NCBI GenBank assembly: GCA_965230295.1
Contig: OZ246001.1
Span: forward strand, 1,024,001-1,088,000
Length of the DNA stretch: 64,000 nucleotides
Reading direction: 5' to 3'
DNA from: Marinicella sp.
GTDB taxonomy: Bacteria > Pseudomonadota > Gammaproteobacteria > Xanthomonadales > Marinicellaceae
Part shown: piece after piece, positions 30,001 to 39,090 of the stretch
Position numbering within the stretch: the first letter of the stretch is position 1
Layout of the letters: each line of letters begins with the position of its first letter
Program-made: the position numbers and the translations under genes
Notes under the pieces: generated by a model
Databases searched by the model: none
Told to the model about the DNA's origin: nothing
What the model saw: only the letters and a program-made list of their open reading frames with translations

Positions 30001-30114
30001 GTCCACATAGCTGGTTTCGTTTAGCTGATTCCAGTGAGTGGTGGCTTGGGTTGTGGCAGCTAAAAAAGTGTTTATTACAATCCAAATGACATTTGATCGA
30101 CTTGAGTTAAGCAT
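27067..30114 (-). CDS. Exported Kelch-repeat protein (14 repeats) with C-terminal IFxDxFE tag
   Basis: 14 copies of R-x2-H-x2-VWTGxEMIVWGG...GGxYxPxxDxW after a ~300-aa N-domain; ends EGIFVDRFEPQ. Confidence 0.9.
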   Translation of the reverse strand: MLNSSRSNVIWIVINTFLAATTQATTHWNQLNETSYVDSLVDCQTQLKKLQWQNTMWPKQNGKKPHFDEVFDEQELHHQTLLSLKKQHVLADVFGIEINSVLMQADIDRMSRNTKDADALKQIYQTLDNHPETVALCLSRPYLVSSLLNESYYSNEEIHHDLKNRATDELYEYLDTSMGLSADVVTREVTYLLSSDQAKHKSKYDLGATIELGPADFKRMFEKLNERPLLEESQSGFSYTKLTQKTDKAIHSQSLIWPKQSLESWMARLNLQDFPIALPSFKSSLVLTAIDSKATKKADYSSISNRWEPPKQPTARYAHSALWTGSEMIIWGGFDYELNNTGGIYSPASDSWEMITMENAPTGRFLHSAVWTGTEMLIWGGISNQVNNTGKRYNPLHKTWREMSAVNAPEVRNQHTTVWTGNEMIVWGGRLPENGSESANTGGIYDPVSDTWKTTSLSYSPLPRHFHTAVWTGEDMIVWGGMSRVNGVVTSYLDSGARYNPSTDSWVEIANNPITSRNNHGAIWADDVMMVYGGGGPGFDTRLHIYDPLDDTWQISEEINEPYSRKNYSMIWTGEELILWGGAICFDIPNNPGCNYTILNSGLRYNPVSDDWNGISTVQAPGRREDHTAVWTGVEMVVWGGQVDTFPLHHDDGGRYNPSEDSWTPITANTVTAIEARSSHSAVWTGNDLLVWGGRGKGTSYLDTGGLYSLATDRWVSITNNQAPSGRYEHTTIWTGSEMIVWGGSQWNTYEDTGGRYDPLNNIWLPTSLNNVPTARRFHTAVWNGEHMLVWGGSSAQGALNTGSSYDPTLDQWQAINSLDAPAGRFYHGAVWTDNEMVVWGGSLSGVISNEGGRYDPTTDSWRSMNTAGAPEARRHHQLIWFDGEVMVWGGLNQDSLNTGAKYNTMTDEWTTMTTANAPTARNYNSNIWTGKEMVIWGGLTNGNSDTGGSYNPSTDRWLPTDLEWVPQARTFHSATWTGSEMIVWGGWIGTRNLDTMGIYYPFVEGIFVDRFEPQ

Positions 30115-30210
30115 ATTAATCCTTTAATTCTGTTGAATAAGACAAGTTATTAATGGGTATATTACATGAATGGATGTTCAACTTTAGTTAAGTGGTGAAA
30201 TTCTCACTCC

Positions 30211-30242
30211 ATTTAACTGCAAGAAAGTTGAATTTAACTGCA
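30211..30242 (+). promoter_or_regulatory. Putative LytTR binding site (two ATTTAACTGCA repeats, 21-bp period)
   Basis: Perfect 11-bp direct repeats at 30211 and 30232, upstream of the peptidase-LytTR gene pair. Confidence 0.65.
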
Positions 30243-30289
30243 GTGGTTTTGCATATATACCCGCAATTGGGTATTTTGTCATCAATACA

Positions 30290-31963
30290 ATGACTCCACA
30301 CAACATGAGAATTTTATTTATTTGCAGCATGATGCTGGCCTTAAAATGTCAGGCATCCATCCCTATCAATCCCGGATTAGCTGGTATTTGGCACAACAAC
30401 GACACCCCTGGCCAAGGGGTGTTTATTGATGTGGTACCAACCAACAACACCCTTTTTGCCGGCTGGTTTACTTACATACCTGACAACACAGAACCAGCAA
30501 ACTCATATTGGCTGACCTTACTAGGTCCCTACAGCGGCTCTTTGGCTGAACTGACGATTTTTAGAACCACCAACGGCCAATTCAATACCACCACTGCTGT
30601 ACAGAACATACCTGTAGGCATTGCCAGCTTGTTATTTAACAGCTGTACATCTGCACTGTTTGAATACCAGTTGGATGAGTTCAATCTCAGTGGATCCATC
30701 GAATTGTCTCGCGTCACACCTGATGTGAATTGCTCTGATCTTATTGACTTCACGCCGCCACAACAAGCCACTTTCAATTACCCTCCTCAGGTTTCTCAAG
30801 TTGAGGCGATTGGTCATGACGAATACGTTGAGATCAGTTTTGACTTGATCGACTCAGAAAATGATTTGTTGGAACTGACATTCTTTGCTGTTGGCAGTGA
30901 GGGTCAATTGTATGAAATCCCTCAAGCTTATTTAACTGGCCATGTGGGTTATCCAGTACTTGGCGGGATGAATAAAACCGTGAAATGGAATTACACCGAT
31001 GACACCGCCTTTCAAGCACTCAACCTGGGCTCAGTAAAAATCAAAGTGGTGGCTGATGACCGCCAATACGCCACTTTACAAGAAATCATAGACGCTGTGA
31101 GTGAGGAACGTCTGATTGCTGACATCCAAGCCATAGAAGGCATTCGTCACCATCAATTTGGTCCTGCCGGCCTGACTGTAACCAGAAACCACATCAGGAC
31201 AGAAATGGCTGCACAACCCATAACCGTTGAAGAACAAACATTTACCTATTTGGGTTCACAAGGCATCAACCTCATTGGCACCTTAGCAGCTCAAGAAAGT
31301 ACTGAAGATGTCTACATCATTGACGGGCATTATGACACGGTTGGCGGCACTCCAGGCGCTGATGACAATGCCACGGGAACAGCAGGCATGTTAGAAGCCA
31401 TGCGTGTTTTGTCACAATTCAACAGCCAAAAGAACATCAAATTCATCGGCTTTGACAAAGAAGAGTTGGGTTTACGGGGCAGTCGCCACTATGCCGCCAA
31501 CATCGATGCGAATGAAAACATCAAAGGCTTGATTAATTTTGAAATGATTGGCTACACCTGTTCAGGAGAGCCAGAATGCGTCAACTTCCCCAATGCCGAC
31601 ACCTCCATCTATAACATCAAAAGCAACTTTGCTGACTTGATGAGTGACACTTTCAACCTCATCGGTGCAACCCATGTACCCGGGTTAAAAATCACTCCTG
31701 TCACTGACGATGGAGACCGTAATTTCAGGCGCAGTGACCATGCCCCATTTTGGGATTTGGGTGTTGATGCTTTGTTCCTGACTGATGGCGCTAATTTTCG
31801 CACCCCGCATTACCACCAAGCATCAGACCGTTTATCGACATTGGACACCGAGTTCATGACCCAAATTGTCAAAACAGCGGTTGGGACTTTGGCCACCCTG
31901 GCAGAAATCAGTCACACCTCTTATGGTTTCAGTGCTACAGTTGAATTGTTCAACCAACGCTGA
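30290..31963 (+). CDS. Exported M28 family metallopeptidase with N-terminal GxWxDP module
   Basis: GHYD, GADDNATG, KEELG, NFEMIG, RSDH, YHQ; N-terminal INPGLAGIWHNNDTPGQG domain. Confidence 0.88.
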   Translation: MTPHNMRILFICSMMLALKCQASIPINPGLAGIWHNNDTPGQGVFIDVVPTNNTLFAGWFTYIPDNTEPANSYWLTLLGPYSGSLAELTIFRTTNGQFNTTTAVQNIPVGIASLLFNSCTSALFEYQLDEFNLSGSIELSRVTPDVNCSDLIDFTPPQQATFNYPPQVSQVEAIGHDEYVEISFDLIDSENDLLELTFFAVGSEGQLYEIPQAYLTGHVGYPVLGGMNKTVKWNYTDDTAFQALNLGSVKIKVVADDRQYATLQEIIDAVSEERLIADIQAIEGIRHHQFGPAGLTVTRNHIRTEMAAQPITVEEQTFTYLGSQGINLIGTLAAQESTEDVYIIDGHYDTVGGTPGADDNATGTAGMLEAMRVLSQFNSQKNIKFIGFDKEELGLRGSRHYAANIDANENIKGLINFEMIGYTCSGEPECVNFPNADTSIYNIKSNFADLMSDTFNLIGATHVPGLKITPVTDDGDRNFRRSDHAPFWDLGVDALFLTDGANFRTPHYHQASDRLSTLDTEFMTQIVKTAVGTLATLAEISHTSYGFSATVELFNQR

Positions 31964-31992
31964 TTCACAACAATTGCTATGACCCAAGTAAA

Positions 31993-32880
31993 ATGATGCA
32001 AAATAAAAACAACCTCAACAATTTCTTCATCGTTTCTTTCACCTTATTAATATTGGTTTCAGTGGTGGTCTTCGAAGCAGCACAACAACTGTATTACATC
32101 CGCCGCTTTCAGATTTCTGAAGATGCCTATTTCACGCCTTTGCTATTGGGCCACACCAGAAAGTGGATCATTTGGATCATTTATGCCATACCGTTGTGGT
32201 TCTATCTGAAAAGATTGGCTCAAGTCGAATGGATCTCAATCAAACACATCGCCCAGAGCATCGCATTGATCACGTTGTTGCTGTTCATGGTTTTACTCAC
32301 CATGTGTGCGGTTGAAATACCACTGGGTGGCAACCCGATTGGTTCATTGCGTATGTGGCAAGAGTTCATGGTTTTTTACGCCTTTCAAAAAACCCCCATC
32401 TACACCTTTGGTTATATCTTTTTGTCTCTGGTATTTTATTTATACCACAAAAATAACGAGCTCATCATTCAGGTGCTTAAGCTCAATCAGTTGAATCGTG
32501 ATGATTTGAATTTGTTTTTTAAGAACAAGGTCAACCAAGATCAGAACACATCTGTTTTGAAGATAAAAGTGGGCAACAAATTCAAAATCATATCAATCGA
32601 AGACATTGATTGGATTGAAGCGGATGATTATTGTGTCAACATCCACAGCCGCAACAGTGACGCCGTCTATTCCATGCGGGCCACGCTGAAATACTTAGAA
32701 TCCATCTTGCCCGGTTCATTTTTACGGGTACACCGCAGTGCCATTGTCAACATGGATGGTGTAGAAGAATACAAAACCCAAGGATCAGGTTTGATCACCA
32801 TGAAATCCGGAGATGAGATTGCTGTGGCTCAAAGCAAACTGAAAATGATCAATGACTTTTTCAGTCAGGAAAGTGGCTGA
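31993..32880 (+). CDS. Membrane-anchored LytTR-domain regulator
   Basis: About 4 N-terminal TM segments; IDWIEADDYCVNIH...FLRVHRSAIVN; no receiver domain. Confidence 0.9.
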   Translation: MMQNKNNLNNFFIVSFTLLILVSVVVFEAAQQLYYIRRFQISEDAYFTPLLLGHTRKWIIWIIYAIPLWFYLKRLAQVEWISIKHIAQSIALITLLLFMVLLTMCAVEIPLGGNPIGSLRMWQEFMVFYAFQKTPIYTFGYIFLSLVFYLYHKNNELIIQVLKLNQLNRDDLNLFFKNKVNQDQNTSVLKIKVGNKFKIISIEDIDWIEADDYCVNIHSRNSDAVYSMRATLKYLESILPGSFLRVHRSAIVNMDGVEEYKTQGSGLITMKSGDEIAVAQSKLKMINDFFSQESG

Positions 32881-32917
32881 CAGGATAAATATTCATCTTT
32901 GACAAAAGCAAAATAAC

Positions 32918-34273
32918 TTATTGAGTGTCCAACAATTCACAGTTGATGTCCGGAGTGATGCGCTGTAAATCGATTTGACCAGCCTTTTCCTCTGGTTCAG
33001 TAAACACATAATCCAAAGTGGCGGCAAAACAACTGGAAAAGGTCAATACCACCGTCCCAACAGCTACTGAATCAACGGTGGCCGGATCATAGAACACCCC
33101 ACCTGAGGACCTGATAATGGGCATGGTGACTGATCCACCTTCTACTGGTCCTACACCAATAAACCAGCGGCTTTGGGTGGAACCAAACCCCAAAATTTCC
33201 GTAGCTGCATCGGCAGGTTGATCATTGTAGGTGAACCAAAACATCACCGCATCAAACCGATCATCACCTAAGGCAAAATCTAACACCATACCCTGTCCAT
33301 CCTGATTGGGGTCATACCAGGACCCCATTAATCCCGGGTTGATGTTGAATGTGGGTTCATCAACATCTAAATCGATGGCACGCAATGTGTTGGGATTCAA
33401 GTTGACCAACGCCGGTGGCCCAACAGCCACTGTTTCATTGACATAAAGTGTCCTGCCATCTGGACTGAGCCCAATGCCATTCAAAGCCGTAAATGTGGCA
33501 CTCAATGCTTCACCGTCCAAATGCCCTTGAGCCCCAGAACCAGCCAACACCTTCAATTCGCCATCCAGGCTCAGTTCAAACACCTGACGTTGACCATGAC
33601 TGGTGAAATACAGCCGGTCATTGCCATAAACGATGTGACCATTGCCACCGCCGGAATTGGCAAACAAACTGGCATTGCCTTGTGGATCCATTTTAATCAC
33701 GGAACCATTGTTGAAATTGACGGTATACAAGTTATCATCAGCATCAGCAACCAATCCATTGGGACACTGGAACAGCGGGCCGCTGGAAAATGTCACGCCC
33801 ACTCCATTGTCGATTCTACTGATGGTGTTGTTTCCACAATTGGCCACAAAAATCTGTCCAGCAGAATTCACAGCCACACCCACCGGGGCAGTGAAACCCT
33901 GGCTGGCAATGGTAGTGACCGTTCCCGAAGGTGTTACACGGCTGATGAAGTTACCTCTGATGTTGGCTTGAATGATGTTACCGGCACTGTCTATCGCCAT
34001 GCCTGATGCACCTTGAAAACCCGATGCAAATTGACTGACCTGTCCATTCGGTGTGATTCTGACTATGGTGGAGCCATTGGCATTGTTGAGCCTTAATCCA
34101 AAGTTGGCATTGAGTACATCACCGTTGGCTGCCACCAACAAATCGCCGCTGCCATTAAAACCAGTTGCAACCGTTCTGACTGTTGCCGCGTTTGCAGACA
34201 CCAGAAAGCCCATCATGACCATTAAAACCCAACCTCTTTTTTTGATTTTCATCTTCTGGTCTCCTTCATTCAC
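32918..34273 (-). CDS. Exported NHL/SMP-30-like beta-propeller protein with C-terminal GxWxDP module
   Basis: Signal peptide; repeats such as PVGVAVNSAGQIFVAN and PNGLVADADDNLYTVN; C-terminal INPGLMGSWYDPNQDGQG. Start may be MKIKK, a few codons downstream. Confidence 0.85.
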   Translation of the reverse strand: MNEGDQKMKIKKRGWVLMVMMGFLVSANAATVRTVATGFNGSGDLLVAANGDVLNANFGLRLNNANGSTIVRITPNGQVSQFASGFQGASGMAIDSAGNIIQANIRGNFISRVTPSGTVTTIASQGFTAPVGVAVNSAGQIFVANCGNNTISRIDNGVGVTFSSGPLFQCPNGLVADADDNLYTVNFNNGSVIKMDPQGNASLFANSGGGNGHIVYGNDRLYFTSHGQRQVFELSLDGELKVLAGSGAQGHLDGEALSATFTALNGIGLSPDGRTLYVNETVAVGPPALVNLNPNTLRAIDLDVDEPTFNINPGLMGSWYDPNQDGQGMVLDFALGDDRFDAVMFWFTYNDQPADAATEILGFGSTQSRWFIGVGPVEGGSVTMPIIRSSGGVFYDPATVDSVAVGTVVLTFSSCFAATLDYVFTEPEEKAGQIDLQRITPDINCELLDTQ

Positions 34274-35633
34274 TCAGCAATGCTTCACACCAAATATCAG
34301 GTGTAATCCGTTGCAAAGCAATGGTTCCCGATTGCACTTCAGGCTCAGTAAACTCAAACGTCAACAAGGCTTCAAAGCAACTGAAAAATTCCACTTCAGC
34401 GGTACCAACCACCGCTGCGGATACGGCTGTGGGATCATTAAAAACACCACTGGCTGTACGAATCACTGACATTTCTACAGTGGCACCCTGGACAGGGCCA
34501 ATGGCTGTGAACCAACGGCTTTGGGTTGAGCCAAAGCCTGTCAGTTCCGTTTCCGGGTCTGCCGGCTCATCGTTGTAGGTAAACCAATACATCACCGCAT
34601 CAAACCGATCTGTACCCACCGCAAAATCAAACACCACACCTTGACCGTCCTGACTGGGGTCAAACCATGAACCTGCCAGACCATAATTGATTTCAAAATC
34701 ATTTGGATTGCCTGATGTTTCTAAGGCTATTTTTCTGATTGGAATTTGGTTCAAATTAAAATCTGATGAACCGGTGGCATACACTGCACCGGTGTTGTGA
34801 TCCAAACCCAAGCCATTGGGCCGCGAAATGGTGGCCACATCTGCAGGCCCATCTTCGTTGCCATCAACGCCTGTCCCGGCATAGGTTTCTATCTGTCCAT
34901 TCACATCGATGCGATACACTTTATTGGTTGTCCGACCACTGACATAATAAAATCCATCCAGGTACTCCAAATGAGATCCAGCACCTGGTATGTCTGCGAA
35001 CAATGAACTGTTGCCGGCATTATCAACCCGAAAGATCTGTCCGTTTTGCCACATCAACACGTAAAAAGCATTGTCATGGCCGATGATGAGCCCATTGGCA
35101 CAAGTGATGCCAGGTAAGGTCGCGATGGTTTGCCTGCTGCCATTGACCAGTTGGCTTAACCGATTGGCACTGCATTCAACCACGTATAAATTATCACTGG
35201 TATCAACCGTTAACCCCACGGGCCCAGATAATCCACTGTTGATGATGGTTTGGTTACCGTTGGGTGCAATTCTGTACACATCTCCTCCAGAAAACGTGGC
35301 CACATATAAATTACCATTGGAATCCATGGTCACTCCTGATGGCGCAGCTGATAAGCCAGAAGAAAAAACCGAAGCATTGCCCTCAGCGGTAATTTTCACT
35401 ACGGTGGAACCATTGGCAAAACTCGGGTTACCAAAATCAGTGATATAAACATCTCCATTATCAGCCACGTAAATATCACCATTGGCCCGAACTTCAGCAA
35501 TGGTTGATACCACCAATTCCTGGCTTTCCTGAGCATGAACCAAGCCACTGCAGAACACCCACAACAGCCAGCTGTGTTTCAGACCAGTTGATATTATTTT
35601 GAGTTGTTTAGCGACAACACTCCACTTTTTCAT
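34266..35633 (-). CDS. Paralogous exported NHL-repeat beta-propeller protein with C-terminal GxWxDP module
   Basis: Repeats PSGVTMDSNGNLYVAT and PVGLTVDTSDNLYVVE; C-terminal INYGLAGSWFDPSQDGQG; tandem paralog of 32918-34273. Confidence 0.85.
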   Translation of the reverse strand: MKKWSVVAKQLKIISTGLKHSWLLWVFCSGLVHAQESQELVVSTIAEVRANGDIYVADNGDVYITDFGNPSFANGSTVVKITAEGNASVFSSGLSAAPSGVTMDSNGNLYVATFSGGDVYRIAPNGNQTIINSGLSGPVGLTVDTSDNLYVVECSANRLSQLVNGSRQTIATLPGITCANGLIIGHDNAFYVLMWQNGQIFRVDNAGNSSLFADIPGAGSHLEYLDGFYYVSGRTTNKVYRIDVNGQIETYAGTGVDGNEDGPADVATISRPNGLGLDHNTGAVYATGSSDFNLNQIPIRKIALETSGNPNDFEINYGLAGSWFDPSQDGQGVVFDFAVGTDRFDAVMYWFTYNDEPADPETELTGFGSTQSRWFTAIGPVQGATVEMSVIRTASGVFNDPTAVSAAVVGTAEVEFFSCFEALLTFEFTEPEVQSGTIALQRITPDIWCEALLSE

Positions 35634-35698
35634 TGATCACCTTATTTGATTGGAACTTCCCATAACATAGCAAAGACTACGAGTTTTTGGGTGCGCTA

Positions 35699-35769
35699 TG
35701 CAGCGGAAGGATTGACTGTTGCAGGCAGTTTAATAAAGTTACGTCGAATGACTGTTATTTTGCAGTGAA
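35699..35769 (-). promoter_or_regulatory. Putative LytTR binding array (four 9-mers at 20-21-bp period)
   Basis: Minus strand: TTCACTGCA (35761-69), TTCGACGTA (35740-48), CTGCCTGCA (35720-28), TCCGCTGCA (35699-707). Confidence 0.55.
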
Positions 35770-35773
35770 CAAA

Positions 35774-36319
35774 TCATGTGGTCTTAGGATTTTTAATTTT
35801 GTCTGTGTTGTGCAGGTATTTAGATTGCACCTTTAACATGTCAAGTGCCAAATCAAAAGCCATTGAACCACCTTTCAGTAATGCAGGCTTTGCTGCATTG
35901 TGGTATTCGCTGAGGTGGCTGATCTCGGCATCCAACTGTTTTTTGAGGTTACTCAATAGCAGAGCTTGTTGCCCTTTGCTCAATAAATCTAAAAACGACA
36001 ACTTCACCAATATGATCGATGGGCTATTGATTAACTGACTGCTTTCAATGTCACCCATCATCCATGCAATTAAAACTTGCCTGCCTGACTCATGGATTTT
36101 GAATACTTTTTTGTTTCTGACATGTTTGGATTGTTCAATCGCTTCAATGTATCCCAACTTTGCTAATTTATTGATGGCAGGATAAATCGAACCTGGTGAA
36201 TGGCTTAACAAAGACATGGGGGTATGTTGTATCACCTGGCACAGGTCATATCGTGATTGGGGTTTGTTATTGATCAGGCCAAGCAGCAAGTAATTCAAAT
36301 GTGTTAATTGGTTTGACAT
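35774..36319 (-). CDS. PadR family transcriptional regulator
   Basis: LLGLI...YDL...SPGSIYPAINKL...KKVFKIHESG, plus a helical C-domain. Confidence 0.88.
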   Translation of the reverse strand: MSNQLTHLNYLLLGLINNKPQSRYDLCQVIQHTPMSLLSHSPGSIYPAINKLAKLGYIEAIEQSKHVRNKKVFKIHESGRQVLIAWMMGDIESSQLINSPSIILVKLSFLDLLSKGQQALLLSNLKKQLDAEISHLSEYHNAAKPALLKGGSMAFDLALDMLKVQSKYLHNTDKIKNPKTT

Positions 36320-36374
36320 TACGATTCGTAATATAGTAAATTAGTATCAACTGATGAGTATATAAGATTTTCTG

Positions 36375-36752
36375 ATGCATAATACATATAAAAACGTCAT
36401 AGGCTGGATCATCTCCGCATTGTTGGCATTAAGCTTTCTATTTGCCGGATACCATAAAATTCCACCTGGCACAGGGATGGTCAAAAGGTTTGAAGCATGG
36501 GGCTATTCTGCGGACTTCGCTTTATTGATTGGGGTTCTAGAACTGATATCTGGCATGTTGGTTCTGGTTCCAAAATTAGCAGCTTATGGTGGGTTCTTTA
36601 TTGTGGTATTGATGGCCGGGGCCACCTACACCCACATGAGCACAGGAATTGGCTCACCGATGTTTGCCATCATATACTTGGTTTTGGCATTGGTATTGAT
36701 TTATCTGCGCAAGGAACAAACCTTATTTTTGAGCGGGTTGTTTAAAAAATAA
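36375..36752 (+). CDS. DoxX family membrane protein
   Basis: 4 TM; FLFAGYHK, FEAWGY, IGVLEL, MAGATYTH. Confidence 0.85.
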   Translation: MHNTYKNVIGWIISALLALSFLFAGYHKIPPGTGMVKRFEAWGYSADFALLIGVLELISGMLVLVPKLAAYGGFFIVVLMAGATYTHMSTGIGSPMFAIIYLVLALVLIYLRKEQTLFLSGLFKK

Positions 36753-36817
36753 AGCATGACCTGTACAAAGATATGCTTAAAATGCAGATAATGATCTCAT
36801 GGAATGCCTGATACGTG

Positions 36818-37528
36818 TCACAAGCGATCCAGGTAGGCCTGACCGCCTAATTGTTTGATTTGCCTTTGAATCCATTGCGCCCGTTGTCGCATGTAATCAG
36901 AAGGTGGTTGGATGACATAAGATTTTGGCGCTGGCAAACGAGCAGCCAACAAAGCCGATTGGTAGGCATTCAATGCCTCAGCAGGCACGCCAAAGATACT
37001 TTGTGCGGCCGCTTCAGCCCCATAAACACCATCACCAAATTCAACCACATTCAAATACAATTCTAAAATTCGACGTTTTGGAATCAGAGTCTCGATGGCA
37101 GCAGTGAAATAAACTTCAAGTCCTTTACGAACCCAGCTTCGCCCGGACCATAAGAACAGGTTCTTGGCCAACTGCTGACTGATGGTGCTGGCCCCTCGCA
37201 TTTTTTTACCGGCTTTGCTCTCCTCAATCACTTGTTGAATCGCGGCCACATCAAAGCCCCAGTGGTCAGCAAACTTTTGATCCTCAGAAGCGATCACTGA
37301 CATCGACAAGTGAGGTGAGATAATCGCCATATCACGCCATACGTACTGTACCTCCATGTGTTCATTGGCAGTCTGATAACGGTGTTGAACCATGAATGCT
37401 GTGGTGGGCGGGTTAAACCAACGCAATGCCAATACTGCAGTTAAAGTCACGACGAACCACAGCAAGGAAAGCAACAAAATCCAACGCCTTATCCTGGCAA
37501 AAAAAGTACGTTTCTTTTTTTTAGTCAT
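36818..37528 (-). CDS. mtgA: Monofunctional biosynthetic peptidoglycan transglycosylase
   Basis: SEDQKFADHWGFD, RGASTISQQLAKNL, RKGLE, KRRILELYLN. Confidence 0.96.
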   Translation of the reverse strand: MTKKKKRTFFARIRRWILLLSLLWFVVTLTAVLALRWFNPPTTAFMVQHRYQTANEHMEVQYVWRDMAIISPHLSMSVIASEDQKFADHWGFDVAAIQQVIEESKAGKKMRGASTISQQLAKNLFLWSGRSWVRKGLEVYFTAAIETLIPKRRILELYLNVVEFGDGVYGAEAAAQSIFGVPAEALNAYQSALLAARLPAPKSYVIQPPSDYMRQRAQWIQRQIKQLGGQAYLDRL

Positions 37529-37557
37529 TGCCTCAAGCTGATTTTGGACTCAGTCAG

Positions 37558-38376
37558 TTATGGCTTTTCAGGAATGATCAATTGAGGATCCAGACGCAAA
37601 GATGTACCAATGTTCAGTCGCCAATCCAAATGTGGTCCTGTGGCACGACCTGTGGCGCCGATTTCACCAATCTTCTGCCCTTGTTCCAACACCTGTCCTT
37701 CTTCCACATTGACTTGAGACAAATGTAAGTACGTGGTGTTCAAACCATAACCATGGTCAATGATGATGGTTCCTCCGGTATAGTAGTGATCCGTGACTGC
37801 CATGGTGACAACACCACTGGCCGGTGCCATGACTGGCGTACCGGTGACATTGGCGATGTCCATGCCGTAGTGCGGTCGTTTCGGTTCTCCATTGAGGATG
37901 CGCCTGGAACCATAAACACCACTGACTCGACCCTCTGCAGGCCAGATAAATGATTCGAGGAAAGCCTCCTGTTCCGTCCACACAGCACGAGCGGCTTTGA
38001 CTTGAGCCGTTTCTTTGGCAATGCGGGCCAAACGATCTGCCGGCGGGTTCACTTTGGATGGAGGCAGTCCGTCTATGCGTTCGGTGGGAAATGATCGGGC
38101 TTTTACCGGCACCGTGGTTTTATAAGTGGTGCCTTGGTGGGTGATGTCCAAAACCTTGTCTTTATCGTCAAAACGCCCAAAGCCAAATATAAAATAACCC
38201 TCTGCGGTCACAGCCACAGGTTGTTGGTTTATTTTAACCAATGAGCCCGGGTTGGTTTTTCCAATCAACAAAGCACCCTGAACAGGCTTGCCTTTGAGGT
38301 TCAAATAATACGCTTCAGACCAAACCGAACTGGTCCAACACAGACAGACAAAAATCACATATTTCATGGCTTTCAT
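37558..38376 (-). CDS. M23 family metallopeptidase
   Basis: HYGMD, IDHG, YLHLS, GRATGPHLDW; signal peptide. Confidence 0.92.
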   Translation of the reverse strand: MKAMKYVIFVCLCWTSSVWSEAYYLNLKGKPVQGALLIGKTNPGSLVKINQQPVAVTAEGYFIFGFGRFDDKDKVLDITHQGTTYKTTVPVKARSFPTERIDGLPPSKVNPPADRLARIAKETAQVKAARAVWTEQEAFLESFIWPAEGRVSGVYGSRRILNGEPKRPHYGMDIANVTGTPVMAPASGVVTMAVTDHYYTGGTIIIDHGYGLNTTYLHLSQVNVEEGQVLEQGQKIGEIGATGRATGPHLDWRLNIGTSLRLDPQLIIPEKP

Positions 38377-38422
38377 TTATAATAAAAATCATATTCTAAC
38401 ACCGAAGCGAACAGACAAAGTC

Positions 38423-39073
38423 ATGAATTTGATTGCCATAGAAACCGCCACCGAAAACTGCTCAGTGGCCCTTTTACACGCGGACCAAATCACCCATCGA
38501 TCTGTCGTGGCGCCACAAAAACATGCTGAGTTGGTATTGGGGTACTTAGATGAGTTACTGGCTGAACAAAACCTCAAAAAGTCACAACTTGATGGCATTG
38601 TCTTTGGTCAAGGCCCGGGTGCTTTTACTGGCGTGCGCATCGCCATGTCTATTGTGCAAGGCCTGGCGCTGGCTTGGGAAGTGCCGGTGATGGCGGTCTC
38701 TACTTTAGAAAACATGGCTCAGCATATCTTCTTAACAACAACACATGATACCTGCAAATTGTTGGTTGCCAATGATGCCAGGATGGGTGAAGTCTATTGG
38801 GCGACTTTTCAAATCAAAGACGGCGTGATTAACCGCTTATCTGAAGATGCACTGGCGGCACCTGAGGCCATTGACACTTCAGACTTCGACGTGTGTGCTG
38901 GCAGTGCCTTTAAGTCAATGGTGACGGCCCACTCGGAGGCAACAATTATGGCCGATGTATTGCCTGAGGCCACCACTTTGCTAACAATGGCAGAACATAA
39001 CTTCTCTCAGATGGCTAAAGACATCAACGAGATCAAACCCTCATACATCCGGGAAAAAGTTGTTTTCAACTGA
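38423..39073 (+). CDS. tsaB: t6A biosynthesis protein TsaB
   Basis: IAIETAT, HAE, GPGAFTGVRI, DARMGEVY, PSYIR; start at MNLIAIET. Confidence 0.95.
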   Translation: MNLIAIETATENCSVALLHADQITHRSVVAPQKHAELVLGYLDELLAEQNLKKSQLDGIVFGQGPGAFTGVRIAMSIVQGLALAWEVPVMAVSTLENMAQHIFLTTTHDTCKLLVANDARMGEVYWATFQIKDGVINRLSEDALAAPEAIDTSDFDVCAGSAFKSMVTAHSEATIMADVLPEATTLLTMAEHNFSQMAKDINEIKPSYIREKVVFN

Positions 39074-39090
39074 ACAATGACAGCTGTCAA

